Program-made: the position numbers and the translations under genes
The notes under the pieces: model-generated
What the model was told of the DNA's origin: nothing
The model's database searches: none
What the model saw: the letters and a program-made list of their open reading frames with translations, nothing else
Shown: in pieces, positions 47,372-62,956 of the stretch
How the letters are laid out: each line of letters starts with the position of its first letter
Numbering within the stretch: position 1 is the stretch's first letter
Assembly: GCF_009914755.1 (NCBI RefSeq)
Contig: NC_060932.1
Direction: 5' to 3' (one strand)
Source of the DNA: the human T2T-CHM13v2.0 reference genome, Homo sapiens
DNA: 64,000 nt

Positions 47372-47889
47372 AAAGAGCTTATGTTTTAAAGGGCTGTGAA
47401 ACCACACTCCTGTTGCTTCAACTGACTTGACACCCACATATGCTAGGTGTGACTTCAGTCAGAACACACAGGATGGACAAGAATGAGATCATCCATATAT
47501 GGCGCAGGGCAGGGACCTGACACAACCAAATCCTGAGAACGTGCTAAGATAGAGAAGCCGCGTTTCCTCGCCCTTCTCTCCGATCCTTCCATTTTTACCC
47601 CATCTCCCCTGACATTTGCAAATGGAAGCTATGCATAGCCTTTGATCAACCCAGCCTTCTGCCATGCACGAACATCACATTTTCCTGCATTAATGCAACT
47701 GATCCTAACAAACAAATCTTAGCAGGTGCGCAGGGCAGGGTTTGGGTGCTGGTTTTATGGTTGGGGAAACTGAAGCTGAGAATGATGGTATGGCTTGGCA
47801 AGCAAGGATCGGAGCTATCTGACTTATCCACTGCTCCAGAGCCATCCCCAGGGCCCAGTAAGTACTTGGTAGTTAACACAAATGCTCGA

Positions 47890-48120
47890 TTAACAATGGT
47901 GTATGGCCCGGATTCAAATTTCAACTCCTCCACCTAGTAGCTGTTGACCTTGAGGACATCAGTTTACCTCTCTGTGCCCAAGCTCATTTATCTGTGAAAT
48001 GGAAATAATAAACTATCATATAAAGTTGTGAGACCTAAATAACTTAATATATTTAAAGTGCTTACAACAGTGTGCTTGGCACAAAGCAAGTGTTCATTAA
48101 ATGTTGACTTCTATTACTTG
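47890..48120 (+). mobile_element. MIR SINE
   Basis: gattcaaatttcaactcctccacctagtagctgttgaccttg ... tctgtgaaatggaaataata ... aaagtgcttacaacagtg. Confidence 0.85.
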
Positions 48121-49085
48121 CTGAATCAAATCTACCTGACTTCCACCCAAAGCTTCAGGCCACTTTTTGTCTTCTCGTGTGTACTGTCGTTCTTTAAACA
48201 TGCATTACAGCAATTTAAAAAATTATGACCTAAGAAAGGCCACCTCCTAGGATTTCAGTATTAAAGCCCCATGCAACAATGACATTTTTCAAAAAGACTT
48301 CTGGTTTCAGCTGATAACATACCACAAAGTATGCTGATAGCACCAGGCAGTCACGTGTGGCAGTTCAAGAACTTGAGCGTGACATGCCGTGTGAAGAGCA
48401 TGCTTTGACATACACAGCACACACAGCACAATCATATAAATTGTATTTTACTGCTCTACCTACCTATGGCTACCAAATACAGTCCACATGGTCTTTTTTT
48501 TTTTGGTGGGCGGGGAGGGGCATAGATTACTACAGTTAGAAACATGTTACATTCAGAACCATTTCCCTAGCTTAGCCCTCTAAATAAAGGCTGGGGACAA
48601 TTCCTGACTGCAGAAGGGCCCTTCCCTGAAACCACAGACCAGATAAAGAGCTATGTGAAAGCATTTGCAAGAAAAGCAGTTATTTCGGTTTTCCTGGGAC
48701 ATAAGTCTCCACCCAGTCAGACAGTACCAGCCATGGAGAAAAAGACCCTCCCTGAAGAACTCGCTAATTCATCTGAGGGGCTCAGAGACAGAAAAATTCA
48801 CTGAGCCTGGGTTACCCTGATCCCCAGACTCGAGGACCCAGTGACATCCTGTTTTTGCTGGGTTCTCTCTTTCATATCTCAGAGCTGCCAGGCGTGCTCC
48901 CCTAGAAGAAGGCTTTTGGGTCCTCTCCCAGACCCCAGGGTTCCTTAGAGGCAGGGGTGGGCCAGTCCTTGTCTGTCAGAAAGCCCGGTTGTGTCAATTT
49001 TCTTCTCCCTAAAGGATTTTCAGTCTCCAACTTCAAAACTCAGTTCCAAGGCCACCTCTCCCCTCGGAAACCTTCTCCTGGCTAG

Positions 49086-49508
<423 letters not shown>

Positions 49509-49544
49509 GAGGAATGTCTTCTATACATTAACAATACCCAACAG

Positions 49545-49992
<448 letters not shown>

Positions 49993-50421
49993 TTATTTAC
50001 ACTGCGACTTGATGGCAGTGAATTCTCTGCCTCACCTGCATTCCAAGTTATCTGTCTATTGCAGCGTGACTTTCAAAGGCAACTGATGATTTAAATCCCA
50101 AACATATTCACTTCCGTGGCCAGACACTTGGGGGTTGGCCTGGAATGCCCGGATGGGGCACAGGAGCTAGGCAGATGGGAAAGAAACTGAGGAAGGAATT
50201 CAGAAAGATGAATCTGATTTTAAAAGCCCAGACCAACCAATTCCTGTGCCAACAAGAGGGTAGTGTGGCAGCCCTCTGAGGGGTGACAATTGGTTGGGGA
50301 CAGTACAGGAAGTCATCAGCTCAAAGTTATGCCTAAATGCAGTGTGTGGTTTAGTCCATCACATTGAAATAAAATAGTTAGCTAATAACTTTTCATATGT
50401 TATGTCTTCTGTAACATTTTA

Positions 50422-51049
<628 letters not shown>

Positions 51050-53486
51050 TCACAGAGAAGTTACAGAACAGCCACTTCTTGGGTTACTTACATTCCAGAG
51101 CTCCTGCTAGACGGATGCTTCTGGAAACGTCTTACTGCTACCCCACACGAGGGTAATGAGGTGTATCATCGTCGCTGACCTGTAGCTGTGGGAGGAGCAA
51201 GTTCCTCAAGCCTCGACTCCAAAGAAAGGAGGGACAGGCCTGAAGCGCTCCTGATGGTAGCTGCTGATACAATCCTGAAGGTTAGAATATTTGCTAAATG
51301 AATTATTAACCTACAGTTAAATGTTTCACCGTCTTCGCTCATCCAGTGTTCATTTTAATGACACAGATCATTAGCAAAGAAACAATTCCCTGGCACGCAA
51401 AGCATCACAGAAGCACATGTTCCCATCCACTCTCTCCACCTCTGTCACTTTCCACGGTGAGAGGACTTTCTGAAAATGTGAGGCATATTAACGAGTTCTA
51501 TAGCAGAGAAGTTCTTCCTCCCTCCTCAAAGATCAGGAGAAATGATCAATCAAAATTCTGGAGAATTTTAAGAAAAACAAGAGTTTCATGAAGTATAAAC
51601 ATTGAAAGGTTCATACTAGACCACATGAAGTATGATGTATATCCTTATGCCAAGAACACCAGGAAGTCACCAACACTGATCCTAACCCAGCGTAATTGCT
51701 ACTAGAAGGTGACCTTGGCCAGCTGCGTACATTTCCAGGTCTCAACCACGTTACCAACAAGGGAGGGTGTAACTCACATGACTATCTGACAAGCATAATG
51801 TAATGTACCCATTAGTAAACGTTACAAGCAACGTGCACAGCCCTTTAAAATTTCCTTACATTCCTCATCAGCCCTATGAAGTATCTTCTGTCTACTTTAG
51901 CAAAGAACCACCTGAGGTTCAGATAATTTCAATAACTTGCCCAAGGCCACAAAGTTAGAAAGTAACACAATAGGGTACTGGGCTCTAGTTTTCCAATGCC
52001 GAAACTTCTAACTAATTTAATAATTTAATAATATTGCTTTAATATCAAAGGCACTCTATTCTTAATCATAAAACCACTGCCCAAATGAAGCACTTTTCCA
52101 CCCTCTCTTTTCTGCTCTCTAGCCCCCTAAACAGCAGAGCAGAACACGGATTGGAAAATGATGTACAGATGAGAGTTTTGATAACTGCAGATGCCCTGTG
52201 GCTGCAACTGCTGTCGGGGCTCAGGCCCAGGCTTGGGGACCTGCTGGGCAGGCCTGCCAGGAGCCCTGCCTGGTGCACACACCAAGTCTGCTGACCCTCC
52301 CAGGGGAGCTTTTGTTCTCAAAGTCATTGCAAATAACTCTAAGAAACAACACATTAGATGCTGACTCTGTTGCAACAGTTAGTGGTCAAAGACAATGTAC
52401 TTCTGGCATCTTTGGTTTAGACTTCCCCTTGCTAGGCCTGGAGGTACACGGGGTTCCCAAGAGCACAGAGAGTCAGATACGCCCTTCCTCATCCCAGCAG
52501 AACAGGGAGGGGTTGCCACAGTGGCCTCCACACAGGTGAGAGTGATCAGAATCCATACGACTCAACAAATAGTCATCTGGCACCACGCCATGCGCAGGAG
52601 CCCGGACTTGCTCTGCAAAAGTCAAAGATAAAGATGAAAGCTTTCTGTCTTTTTACCACTAGCTGCCTGGGAGATAAATACTCTTACAGCCACACCCATA
52701 ATACAAGTTGGAGAGAGATGTGTGCAATGACAGTGGCACATATAAAGCACTGTGGAACTACTGAACCCAAGCAATAGGCTGCTTACTGATTGGGGAGAGA
52801 AAGAGGGATGGGAGGATGTGGGAGAAAGGGTAGCATCTCAGCTGGTCCTTGAAGCATCAGACAGAGATCAGAGGGAACCACATTCCAAGAGGGAAACTGT
52901 AGACAAAGGCCATAGTAAAGTAAAGAGTGTGTTCCTAGGATAGTGTGTCCAGAGTTCAGGGGAACAGAAGCTGGAAAGATGTGTGTATAACAAACGCTGA
53001 AATGCTCAAAGAAGAAAACCTACTTAGGAGGTTGAACTTTGGTAGGCAGAAGAAAATAAAATCTTTGAACTTGGAATGATATAATCAGAAGGAGAAAAAA
53101 ACCTAATGTGTCTTGAGCATTGAATCTGACTGTGTTAAGTCCTTTTCATGCACTATTGAATTTCCTATCTCCTTTATCTTAAGAGATAGATCCCCGTTTT
53201 TCAGGAGAAGAAACTCAGACTCACTAACTTGTCCAACATTACACAGCTTAAGTAGTGGGGCTAGCATACTTGAACTCAAAACCAACTCTTTCCTTTAGGA
53301 AGAGAAAATCAGCTATGGAATAAAGGCTGAACTGGCAAGGAGGACAGGTGTAGAGCTAGGGAGACCAGCTTGCAAAATAAAGTTCTTAAGAGAGCTAAAT
53401 GAGCCTGAATCCATTCATAGGAGGAAAACAAGCACACAAAAGTGTCAAGGCATTTGAGTAAAAAGTACGATCTCTCTAAATTGCTA

Positions 53487-54450
<964 letters not shown>

Positions 54451-55148
54451 TGAAGCCACAAAACATGGAATGGAAAGTTTTTTCCTTTTTTCTCAACACA
54501 TGTGTTATTAAAGGCAGAGTCAGCAAAAAAAAAAAAAAAGAAGAGGACACACACTACTTAGTCACATATGGGTGTGAACAGAAGTTACTTTCCTCTGCAC
54601 TGAGCAGAAATAGAGGGCATGACATGAAGACTCACCAGCAACACTGTGACAGAGACGGTTCTGGGGTCAGCTCCAAGCCCACTGCGCATACATCATGGAC
54701 AAGAGCACGTTCACACGGTCCTTACCAAGTCCAAATTTAACCAGGATACAGGGACCTTCTGATGATACACAGTGCCCCCAGGCACCTACCTCCCTACAAA
54801 AAGCATGAGGCTCTCAGCTCACATACCCATTATTGGCCCATTTCAAGCTGTTAAATTACAGCAAGCTTTATAAAATGAAGTCCCATTCCATCTACTGTGG
54901 ACTAAGTGTTTGTGTCCTCCCCCAAAATTCTCATGTTGAAATCCTAATCTCCACTGTGATGGTATTTAGAGGTGAGCCTTTGGGAGGTAATTAGGTCATG
55001 AGAGTGGAACCTTCACAAATGGGATTAGTGCACTTATAAGAAAAGACATGAGAATGATGATCTCTCCCTCCACCACGTGAGGATATAGCAAGAAAGCAGC
55101 TGTCTACAAACCAGGAAGAGGGCCCTCACCAGGAGCCAAATGAAACAG

Positions 55149-55918
55149 TGTATTAGTCTGTTCTCACACTGCTATAAAGAAATACTTGAGACTGGGTGAT
55201 ATGATTTGGCTCCATCCCCGCCCAAATCTCATCTTGAATTGTAGCTCTCATAATTCCCATGTATTGTGGGAAGGACCAGGTGGGAGGTAACTGAATCATG
55301 GGGGTGGTTTCCCCTATACTGTTATCACGATAGTGAATAAGACTCATGAGATCTGATGTTTTGATATGGGGTTTCCGTTCTCGCTTGGCTCTCATTCTCT
55401 CTTGCCTGCCACCATGTAAGAAGTGCCTTTCATCTTCTACCATGATTGTGAGGCCTCCCCAGCCACGTGGAACTGAGTCCATTAAACCTCTTTTTCTTTA
55501 TAAATTACCCAATCTCGGGTATGTCTTTTATCAGCAGCATGAAAATGGACTAACACATTGGATAATTTATAAAGAAAAGAGGTTTAATTGTGCAGTTCCA
55601 CAGGCTGTACAGGAAGCACGGCAGCTTCTGCTTCTGGGGAGGTCTCAGGGAATGTTTACTCATGGCAGAATGCAAAGAGGGAGCTAGGAGCTTCACATGG
55701 CTGAAGCAGGAGGGAGAGACAGAAGGGGGAGGTGCCACACACTTCTAAACAACCAGAGCTCCTGAGAACTCACTCACCATCAACCAGAACAGCAGCAAAG
55801 CGCCAAGGGGGAAATCCACCCCCACAGTCCAATCACCTCTCACCAGGCCCCATCTCCAACACTGGGGATTACAATTCAACATGAGATTTGGGCAGGGACA
55901 CAGATCCAGATCATATTA
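55149..55918 (-). mobile_element. MST-family MaLR LTR (middle element)
   Basis: tgtattagtctgttctcacactgctataaagaaatac ... atgagatttgggcagggacacagatccagatcatatta. Confidence 0.88.
55197..55557 (+). mobile_element. THE1-family MaLR LTR (inner element, ~361 bp)
   Basis: tgatatgatttggctc...cccaaatctcatcttgaattgtagct ... cagcagcatgaaaatggactaacaca; degenerate 5-bp TSD ctggg/ttgga. Confidence 0.9.
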
Positions 55919-57479
55919 GCCAGCACCTCGATCTTGGACTTCCCAGCCTCCAAAGTTGTGAGAAGTAAATTTCTGTTGTTTGCACCATCCAGGCTACGGG
56001 CTTTTCTTTTAGGAGCCTCAACTAATTTTCATTTTATAAAGCTTGCTGTAATCTTTGCATTATTGCAAATGAATCTGAACAAACCCCAGCAATTTTGAAC
56101 TTTGTTTTAGAGGATACCTCTTAATATTAACCTGCCAACTGAACTCAGTAAGCAATTCCTTTACAAGAACTCAACACTAGTTAAGAACCTGAGATATAAC
56201 CAGAATCATGGATGATTCGATGAAATGAATAATGCACAATAAAAAGTGCATTATTAAAGTACCCTTCTGCCCTGTTTAGAAGAATGAGGGGACTTTAAAT
56301 AATTAAATAATAATAGCTAAATGGTATCAATTACCATAGTAATTTAACAGTTCACATTCTGTGTATCTGAGAATTTATAGTTTATTAAGTTTTTCTCCAT
56401 GACACTCAATCTATTTCTGTGACTTGCATCTCGGGAATCATGTGTATATAGGGTATGCCTTTAGCTGATAATATTTAGGAAGGTCGCCCTTTAAAGTGAA
56501 ACACTTAGATTGAAACACATGAATGGCCACTCTAGTCTAATTCCAGAAAAGCTACCTAAAAATCACATGGCGCTGCTCAGCTCATTTCTCAGGAGATTAA
56601 AGGCTAAGAATTATGATTTGGCTCCTACTGGCAAGCAGCTAATACATTTAAACTGTACTGGTCCCACTGGTTAAATTTTAAAGTCCTCAGAAATTCTTAG
56701 GAGGAAACAGACCAGATATGATTGTTGTCACATCCAAGGGGACCATGTAATGTGCCTAGCATTCATCCTGGATTCTCTACTCAAGTGCATTGATGGGACA
56801 ACACCTGGGCCGCTCCGCTCCCACCTGGGTAACATGAAGATAGCAACAAATGCAGTGGCTATTTCTAAGAAGCAATTACTTCAGGCAGTGAGGGCTATCC
56901 CAACCCAGAATTAGAGTCCAAATACAACAACTAAATAGAAATAAATACATGCACACAAAATGGTAAGGAATCATCTCTTCCTGACTCTCTCTCTTACTCC
57001 TAAAACCAGACCTTGTGATTCAGTTCCCATGGAACTTGAACTTGAATAAGAGCCATAGAGTATTAGAAGCAGTCTCTTTTCACATACTGAAAAGTACCAC
57101 CCCCCAGAAACATGGCAGGTAGGATGGCCACTCTGAGTAGATCTCAAAGCCACACAGCTGTCCCGAGGATATGCTTGGACTTCAAGACAGTACACATGTG
57201 TACATTTCAGAAATGAACCTTCAAAAGCCCTTCTCTGGCTCTGAGCTCAATTGTAGGAGATGAAAAAGCATTCGGCAGCCCAGAGTTAGGAATCAGAAAA
57301 GCACAAACAACCGTTTGAGTGATCTGGAATAGGCTGTGCCACAGAAACAGGGGCCCTTCGAAAGAAGCAGCACTTTAACCAAAAGAAAGTAAACAAGGGA
57401 GGGTGGGGGCAAGGAACGAATGGCACTAGTTTATAATTAGAATGTATATTTTGGTATTTAGAAAGTTGCCCATGCGCAT

Positions 57480-57480
<1 letters not shown>

Positions 57481-57523
<43 letters not shown>
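57481..57523. repeat. (CA)~21 microsatellite
   Basis: Pure CA run preceded by catgcgcatg. Confidence 0.98.
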
Positions 57524-57526
<3 letters not shown>

Positions 57527-59529
57527 CAAGCTGAAGGGTGGAGGCAAGATCAAGGGGATAAATCAACAAGGCTTCCCACACAACAGCACAGATCACTAAC
57601 CCACGCCTCCAACAGAAGAGGAAGTTCCTTGTTTAGAGCATTAACCCTCCCTCCCACTTGCTGGGGCTGAGATGCCTCCCACTACACACCAAATATGAGG
57701 CTCTGGCTTAGTGGAGGAATCAGAGCAGCCACAATATTTCTACGAAGCTTGTTCTAAATGCACATGATATCAGTGTTCTAAAATTCTGAATGTGGTACAG
57801 CTTTCATGCTAGTGCAGTATGGAAATGCCCCTCAACTCTCCCATGCCTCTCTTCCTCCTGGGTGCCCTGTGATACTCTGGTTCTCCTCTATACTAAGCAG
57901 CCTGGTCCAGTGTCTTCCCACAAGAGCAAAGGATGAGGGACTTGTGCCCCAAGGTCCGAGTGGAACACACATACACACCCTCCCACGCACACGTACACAC
58001 ACGCACAATTTGGTTCACACTGTATCCTCTGACAGTAGTCACCTCTTGGCCCTGAGGCCATCGTCAATCAACAGAGAAAATGGAACATTCAGTGAAAAGT
58101 AAAACCAGACCCAGCCACCAATAAGATGCCAGAGGGCAGTGGGATGAGTGTGATCATTAAAAAGTTTATCATTCAGAACCTTCATCCTTGGAGGAAAGGG
58201 TTTCAGTAACAACAGCTCACCAACACATGTAGGTTTTAAGAAATAATATTTATCGTCTTTTTCCAAAATGAAAGGATAACCTGAAAAGTAAAAACCTTAG
58301 GAAAATGGTCCCCATACACGCACTACCCAGAAACAACACCAATGTTAGACGTGTCCCTTTATTTTCTTCTAGGTTTTTTTTTTTTCTGTAAACTGATGAA
58401 TTTTTACTAACAATTCATGCCTGCACAACCTGATTATTACAGGATCTAGACAAAGAGCAAGTTCATGAACCATGTTTTTCTGATGAAAACATGATCAAAG
58501 CACTAGCTCTTAGAAACAGAAGCTACGATTGTCTCAGGTGAACACAAAAGGAGCCCCGCAGCTGGGAAGATACGTGTGACCATCAGCTTGAAAACTGGAC
58601 AGGCCACAGGGTCAGGTAGTGGAGTCCTAGCCACGCCAAAGGTGCAGACACTGCTGGGAGAGGCACGAAGCAGAGCCTCCTCAGCCCAGGTGAGGGGTGG
58701 TAAGGCTTCCTTCCTGGTCAGCCACCCGCTACAAACACCACCCCTCAAAGGCCGGGGCTAGGGAGGAACCTGGGAAGTCCAATCAGCACTGTCCCATAAA
58801 GGATTCCCCTCTTTCCCACAACTCACCATAGCTGCGACAGCCTGTTCACAGTTTGCTCAGCATACATTCAGGACCTGTCACACTGTACGGCCCACATCTG
58901 TCTGCATTTCTGACTCCCCTTAGACTATGATATTTGTAAAGTATGAGGGCCATGCTCCATTCATCTTCACGTCCTTTGTGTCTAGCAGATAGGAGAGGCT
59001 CAAGATGGCTCTCACCCATCCATGAACACCAAGGAAGTAGCCAGCTTCAGGTTCTTTTTAGATTAAAGAGAAAGGGAAATGATCCAGCCCAGTCTTGTCC
59101 CAAGCTCAGCTCTTTAGCCTGAAAGTTAATGGGAAAGGCAGGGGTGGCATGTTAGATCTATTGATCGCATGTGCTACAACGTTCCAGGGGCCCCTGCTTG
59201 GTGAGCTATGTTCAATTTTTGGGAAAGAGGACAACGTCAACGCTATAATTCCGGGTGCCTACCTCACACCACTCAGGAAGACCATAATCCAATGACAACT
59301 GAGAATGAATAGAAGCTGCCTATCTGGTTTCTTGGCATCCAACACAATTAGGGCCCCTCCGCCAGGGCTCTAGGAGCACCAAGAACAGTGATACGAATGT
59401 ATTCCAGGGCCCGGCACATAGTAGATGTTCAATAAATACTTCTGAATAAAAAAAATACTGTATGCCATACACAGCACAGGACACCAAGAGAGGCCTCAGT
59501 CTCTGCCACCAGGAAGCTTTTCCATCTAA

Positions 59530-59715
59530 CACAGTGGTTCTCTGTCTAGGGTGTCCATCACAATTACCTGGAGAGCCTTTCCCCAATACTCAGGATCCGG
59601 GCTCTGCCCCAGGCCTCCTGACGCACCCTCTGAAGACAGGGTCTAGACATACGTACTGTCAAACAGCTACCCAAGTGATTCTGAGGTAAACTCCCACATT
59701 GAAGAGCCCCTGCTC
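59530..59715. mobile_element. MER5-family hAT relic
   Basis: cagtggttctc ... aattacctggagagcctt ... caagtgattctgagg ... ttgaagagcccctgctctag. Confidence 0.7.
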
Positions 59716-60300
59716 TAGAGAGTAAACGAAAGCTATTATTTATTATATTTGTAAATATTGGGGGAGGGGGTGGGAGAATAAGGCAGTAATGCTTTTTTAT
59801 TTGTAAGTACCAAGACTTCCCTCCCTGCCCTCCCACGGGTTAAATTTTAAAGTCCTCCAAAATTCTTGGGAGGAAACAGACCAGGTACAATTGTCGTGGT
59901 ATCCAAGGGGACCGTGTAATGTACCCTTGCAGTCAGATAAAGCTCACGGAAATCAAGGGCAACTACCTAATGATCCAAGGGACCGAGACGTGACCACGAG
60001 CCTTTCCTGATTGTTTTCTCCAGGTAACCAAGGGGCAGCTGCTCTCCTTTAGCCAGGTGAGAACACTGGATATCAGTATCTGGGCCCCACTCCCCACCCA
60101 ACGCTGAAACCTCCCTCAGGGATGCTATGCCAACAGCTGCCTGGCTGGGTTCTGGAGCCGAAATGGGCAACTTGTACTTAGCCTGCACTCAGACACCTGC
60201 ACACGTGTCTCTAGGAAAAGAGGGAGTGCCAGCAGCATGGCCAGACACTCCCTTTCGGGCTGTAAGTTTTTCCTGAGGCTGCCTGCTAAACCTCATGCTA

Positions 60301-60334
60301 AGACAGACAGACAGACAGACTGACAGACACACAC
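60301..60334. repeat. (GACA)n simple repeat
   Basis: agacagacagacagacagactgacagacacacac. Confidence 0.85.
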
Positions 60335-62635
60335 GTCCACAGCCTTGGAGCCCCTTTGCTCAAGGAGGCTTCCCATAGACACCTTGGCAAAGACCTACAA
60401 ATGAAGCCAAGGACACGTGTCCTCTGAAGGGGAGGAAAACCACCAACCCCTGTGCTCACTCGGCCCTCCCATCCCCCTTCCTCAAATCGGAAGCCTCTGA
60501 GGCCAGTTAGGAAACCCAGCTTTGGCATGCATCATCAGCCCAGAACCCCCACCCGCCCAATCCATGCTCCCACCAAGGTCAAGAGTAGAACCGTCCCACC
60601 TCCCCTTTCTCCCCACACTCTTTAAAGCAATAGATTCTGTAAATTTTCCTTTTCCCTTTCTTGGCTCCCCTGCATATGTGGCTCCTTATTCCTGAGGATA
60701 CTTAGAAAAGACATCCTCCTCCCACCTCCTCTGCAGACCCTCCAAATATCAGCTTTCGATATTTTGCCCCTCTGTCCATTCCCGTGTCCTTTTGTAAATG
60801 GCCTCCTACAGGAAAAGCACAGTGAATACAAAGATGAGTAAGACGTGGTCCCATTCCTCAAGGAGGGCAGAGACACACACATAGACAGAAAGTTAGGACA
60901 GGAAACGCCATGACAGAGAGAAGCCTAGGGCATCACGGAGCACAGAGAGGAGCGCAGATCACAGGGGCTCCTCAGGAGATGACACCTCAGTTCGAGTCTA
61001 AAAACCCGGGATGGACTGGTGCTGGCCCAGTGGTGTCTGCAGACAAAGGAGAAATAAAGCAAAGCACAGCACAGAAGTAACCTGTGCCCAGGTCGGTGAG
61101 AAGACACTTCAGCAGGAGAAGCAGGTGAGGTCCAGGTGGGGAACCCCAGGAGGGAGCAGCTGGAAGCCAGCAGGCAGAAGCCAGCGCCTGCAGGGCTACC
61201 CCCTCTCCAGTCCTTGGAGGTGCCACCCATGGTTCTGCTGGGCTGTTCCCAGGGGTGGTTTCATGACTTAGAACCACAGGCGTAAGTTCAACCTGTCATC
61301 ATGGGGCAGCCAAGCCAATGGCCCTAATTAAAGTCTCCTGAGACACAGGCGTGGCTATCTCCTTCCAGCGAGGCCCGTCTCTAGATAAATGCTCCTCTAC
61401 CACAGTGCCAGAGGCTGCTTCTCCAAGTAGCTTCCTACTGGCCTTTAATTTGGTAGCACCCAAGCATTCTAGTCTGAACCCAACCATTTCAGGTTGCAAA
61501 ATGTCTCTTTAATCGTTGGGAGTATGTAGACCAGAGTTTAGGAGCACACAAGATTAGAAGCCACACTCTAAAATTGAGCCCTTCATTTCCCCTTAGGTTT
61601 TAAATAGGCATATGACCACTTGGTCATATTATACCTAAAAGCATACACACTCACAGCCTCTGGTAACATAGAATTGCAGGCAACAGGGCTCTTGTGTGTC
61701 AGGAGACCCCTCTACTCTAAAATAGCAAAATCCGCAACGAGAGCACTTGACTAGTAGCTTTTGCTTACATCAAGTCATAGTTGCTTCAGCCTCCAGGCCT
61801 GTTTCCTTCTACATAAACACTACCACCGTCACCACCACCATCCTCATCATCAAATACAGTGAGCAACTGCTACACATCTGGCACTGTTCACAGTAACACT
61901 AGGAAGTAGACTATTCTATTTCATTGTTTCTAAGACCAATCCTAGAATCCATTTTACAGTTCATTCTTTCCCCCCGACATGTTAACAACTCTGAAAGGCA
62001 TTTCATATTTTAGTTGGCAGGATTTTTTTTTTCCTTAGTGCTACATAAACTAAAGGTACAACTAAATTGATAGTTCTTGGATTTGAGGAAATAAGCATTT
62101 TTTTTATCCCCATCTTATTCATATGAACACTAAGCTTGGAGAGGGTAAGTAACTTGCTGTAATATAAATGTTTGTACCAGATAATCTGGTCAGTAACCAG
62201 CACTTAAACTATTTGAACATGTCTATAATAAGAAGCAGGGCTGCCTTCCAATGTTGAAACAAAAATTAGTCCTGCTGTGTCCAAGACATTTCTATCTTTG
62301 GAATTCTTTAAAGATTTGCTCAATTCGATAATCTGTTCAGTGACTAATTCTATTTTTCTCTTCGATTCATTCCGTGGGCACTGCCTTCTCTCCTTTTTCC
62401 ATCTCCGCAGACCTGAGTTCGTAACATTTCATCCACAGTTCACCCACTCGCTCAGTCTCACCTTTGGGCCCCTGGTTACTTTGTCTTCATCCCAATTCTT
62501 CATACTCTTCCAGGAAGACTTTGGTGATTTCCACCTGGCTTTTCTCCTCTCTTCTTTCTCCTGGCCTCTCACAGGGCCCTGGCTTGGCCAGGCTGATCTC
62601 AGACAGCCTAGCTATAAAAAAAATCTGGCCCCCAA

Positions 62636-62956
<321 letters not shown>

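Larger units (their letters stand above)
54893..56025 (+). mobile_element. MLT1A-like MaLR solo LTR (outer element of the nest)
   Basis: tgtggactaagtgtttgtgtcctcccccaaaattc...catgttgaaatcctaa; resumes at ~55919 with gccagcacctcgatcttggacttcccagcctcca. Confidence 0.85.
54855..56052. repeat. Perfect 25-bp inverted repeat (54855-54879 and 56028-56052)
   Basis: attacagcaagctttataaaatgaa and its exact reverse complement ttcattttataaagcttgctgtaat. Confidence 0.95.
56662..59925. repeat. ~95-bp dispersed direct repeat (56662-56756 and 59831-59925)
   Basis: Ungapped alignment with about 13 mismatches in 95 bp by eye. Confidence 0.93.

Noticed and set aside
48380-48405. p53-like half-sites (tgacatgccg ... 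gagcatgctt) near a CACGTG E-box
   Set aside because: One half-site has two mismatches and the spacer is 6 bp; weak.
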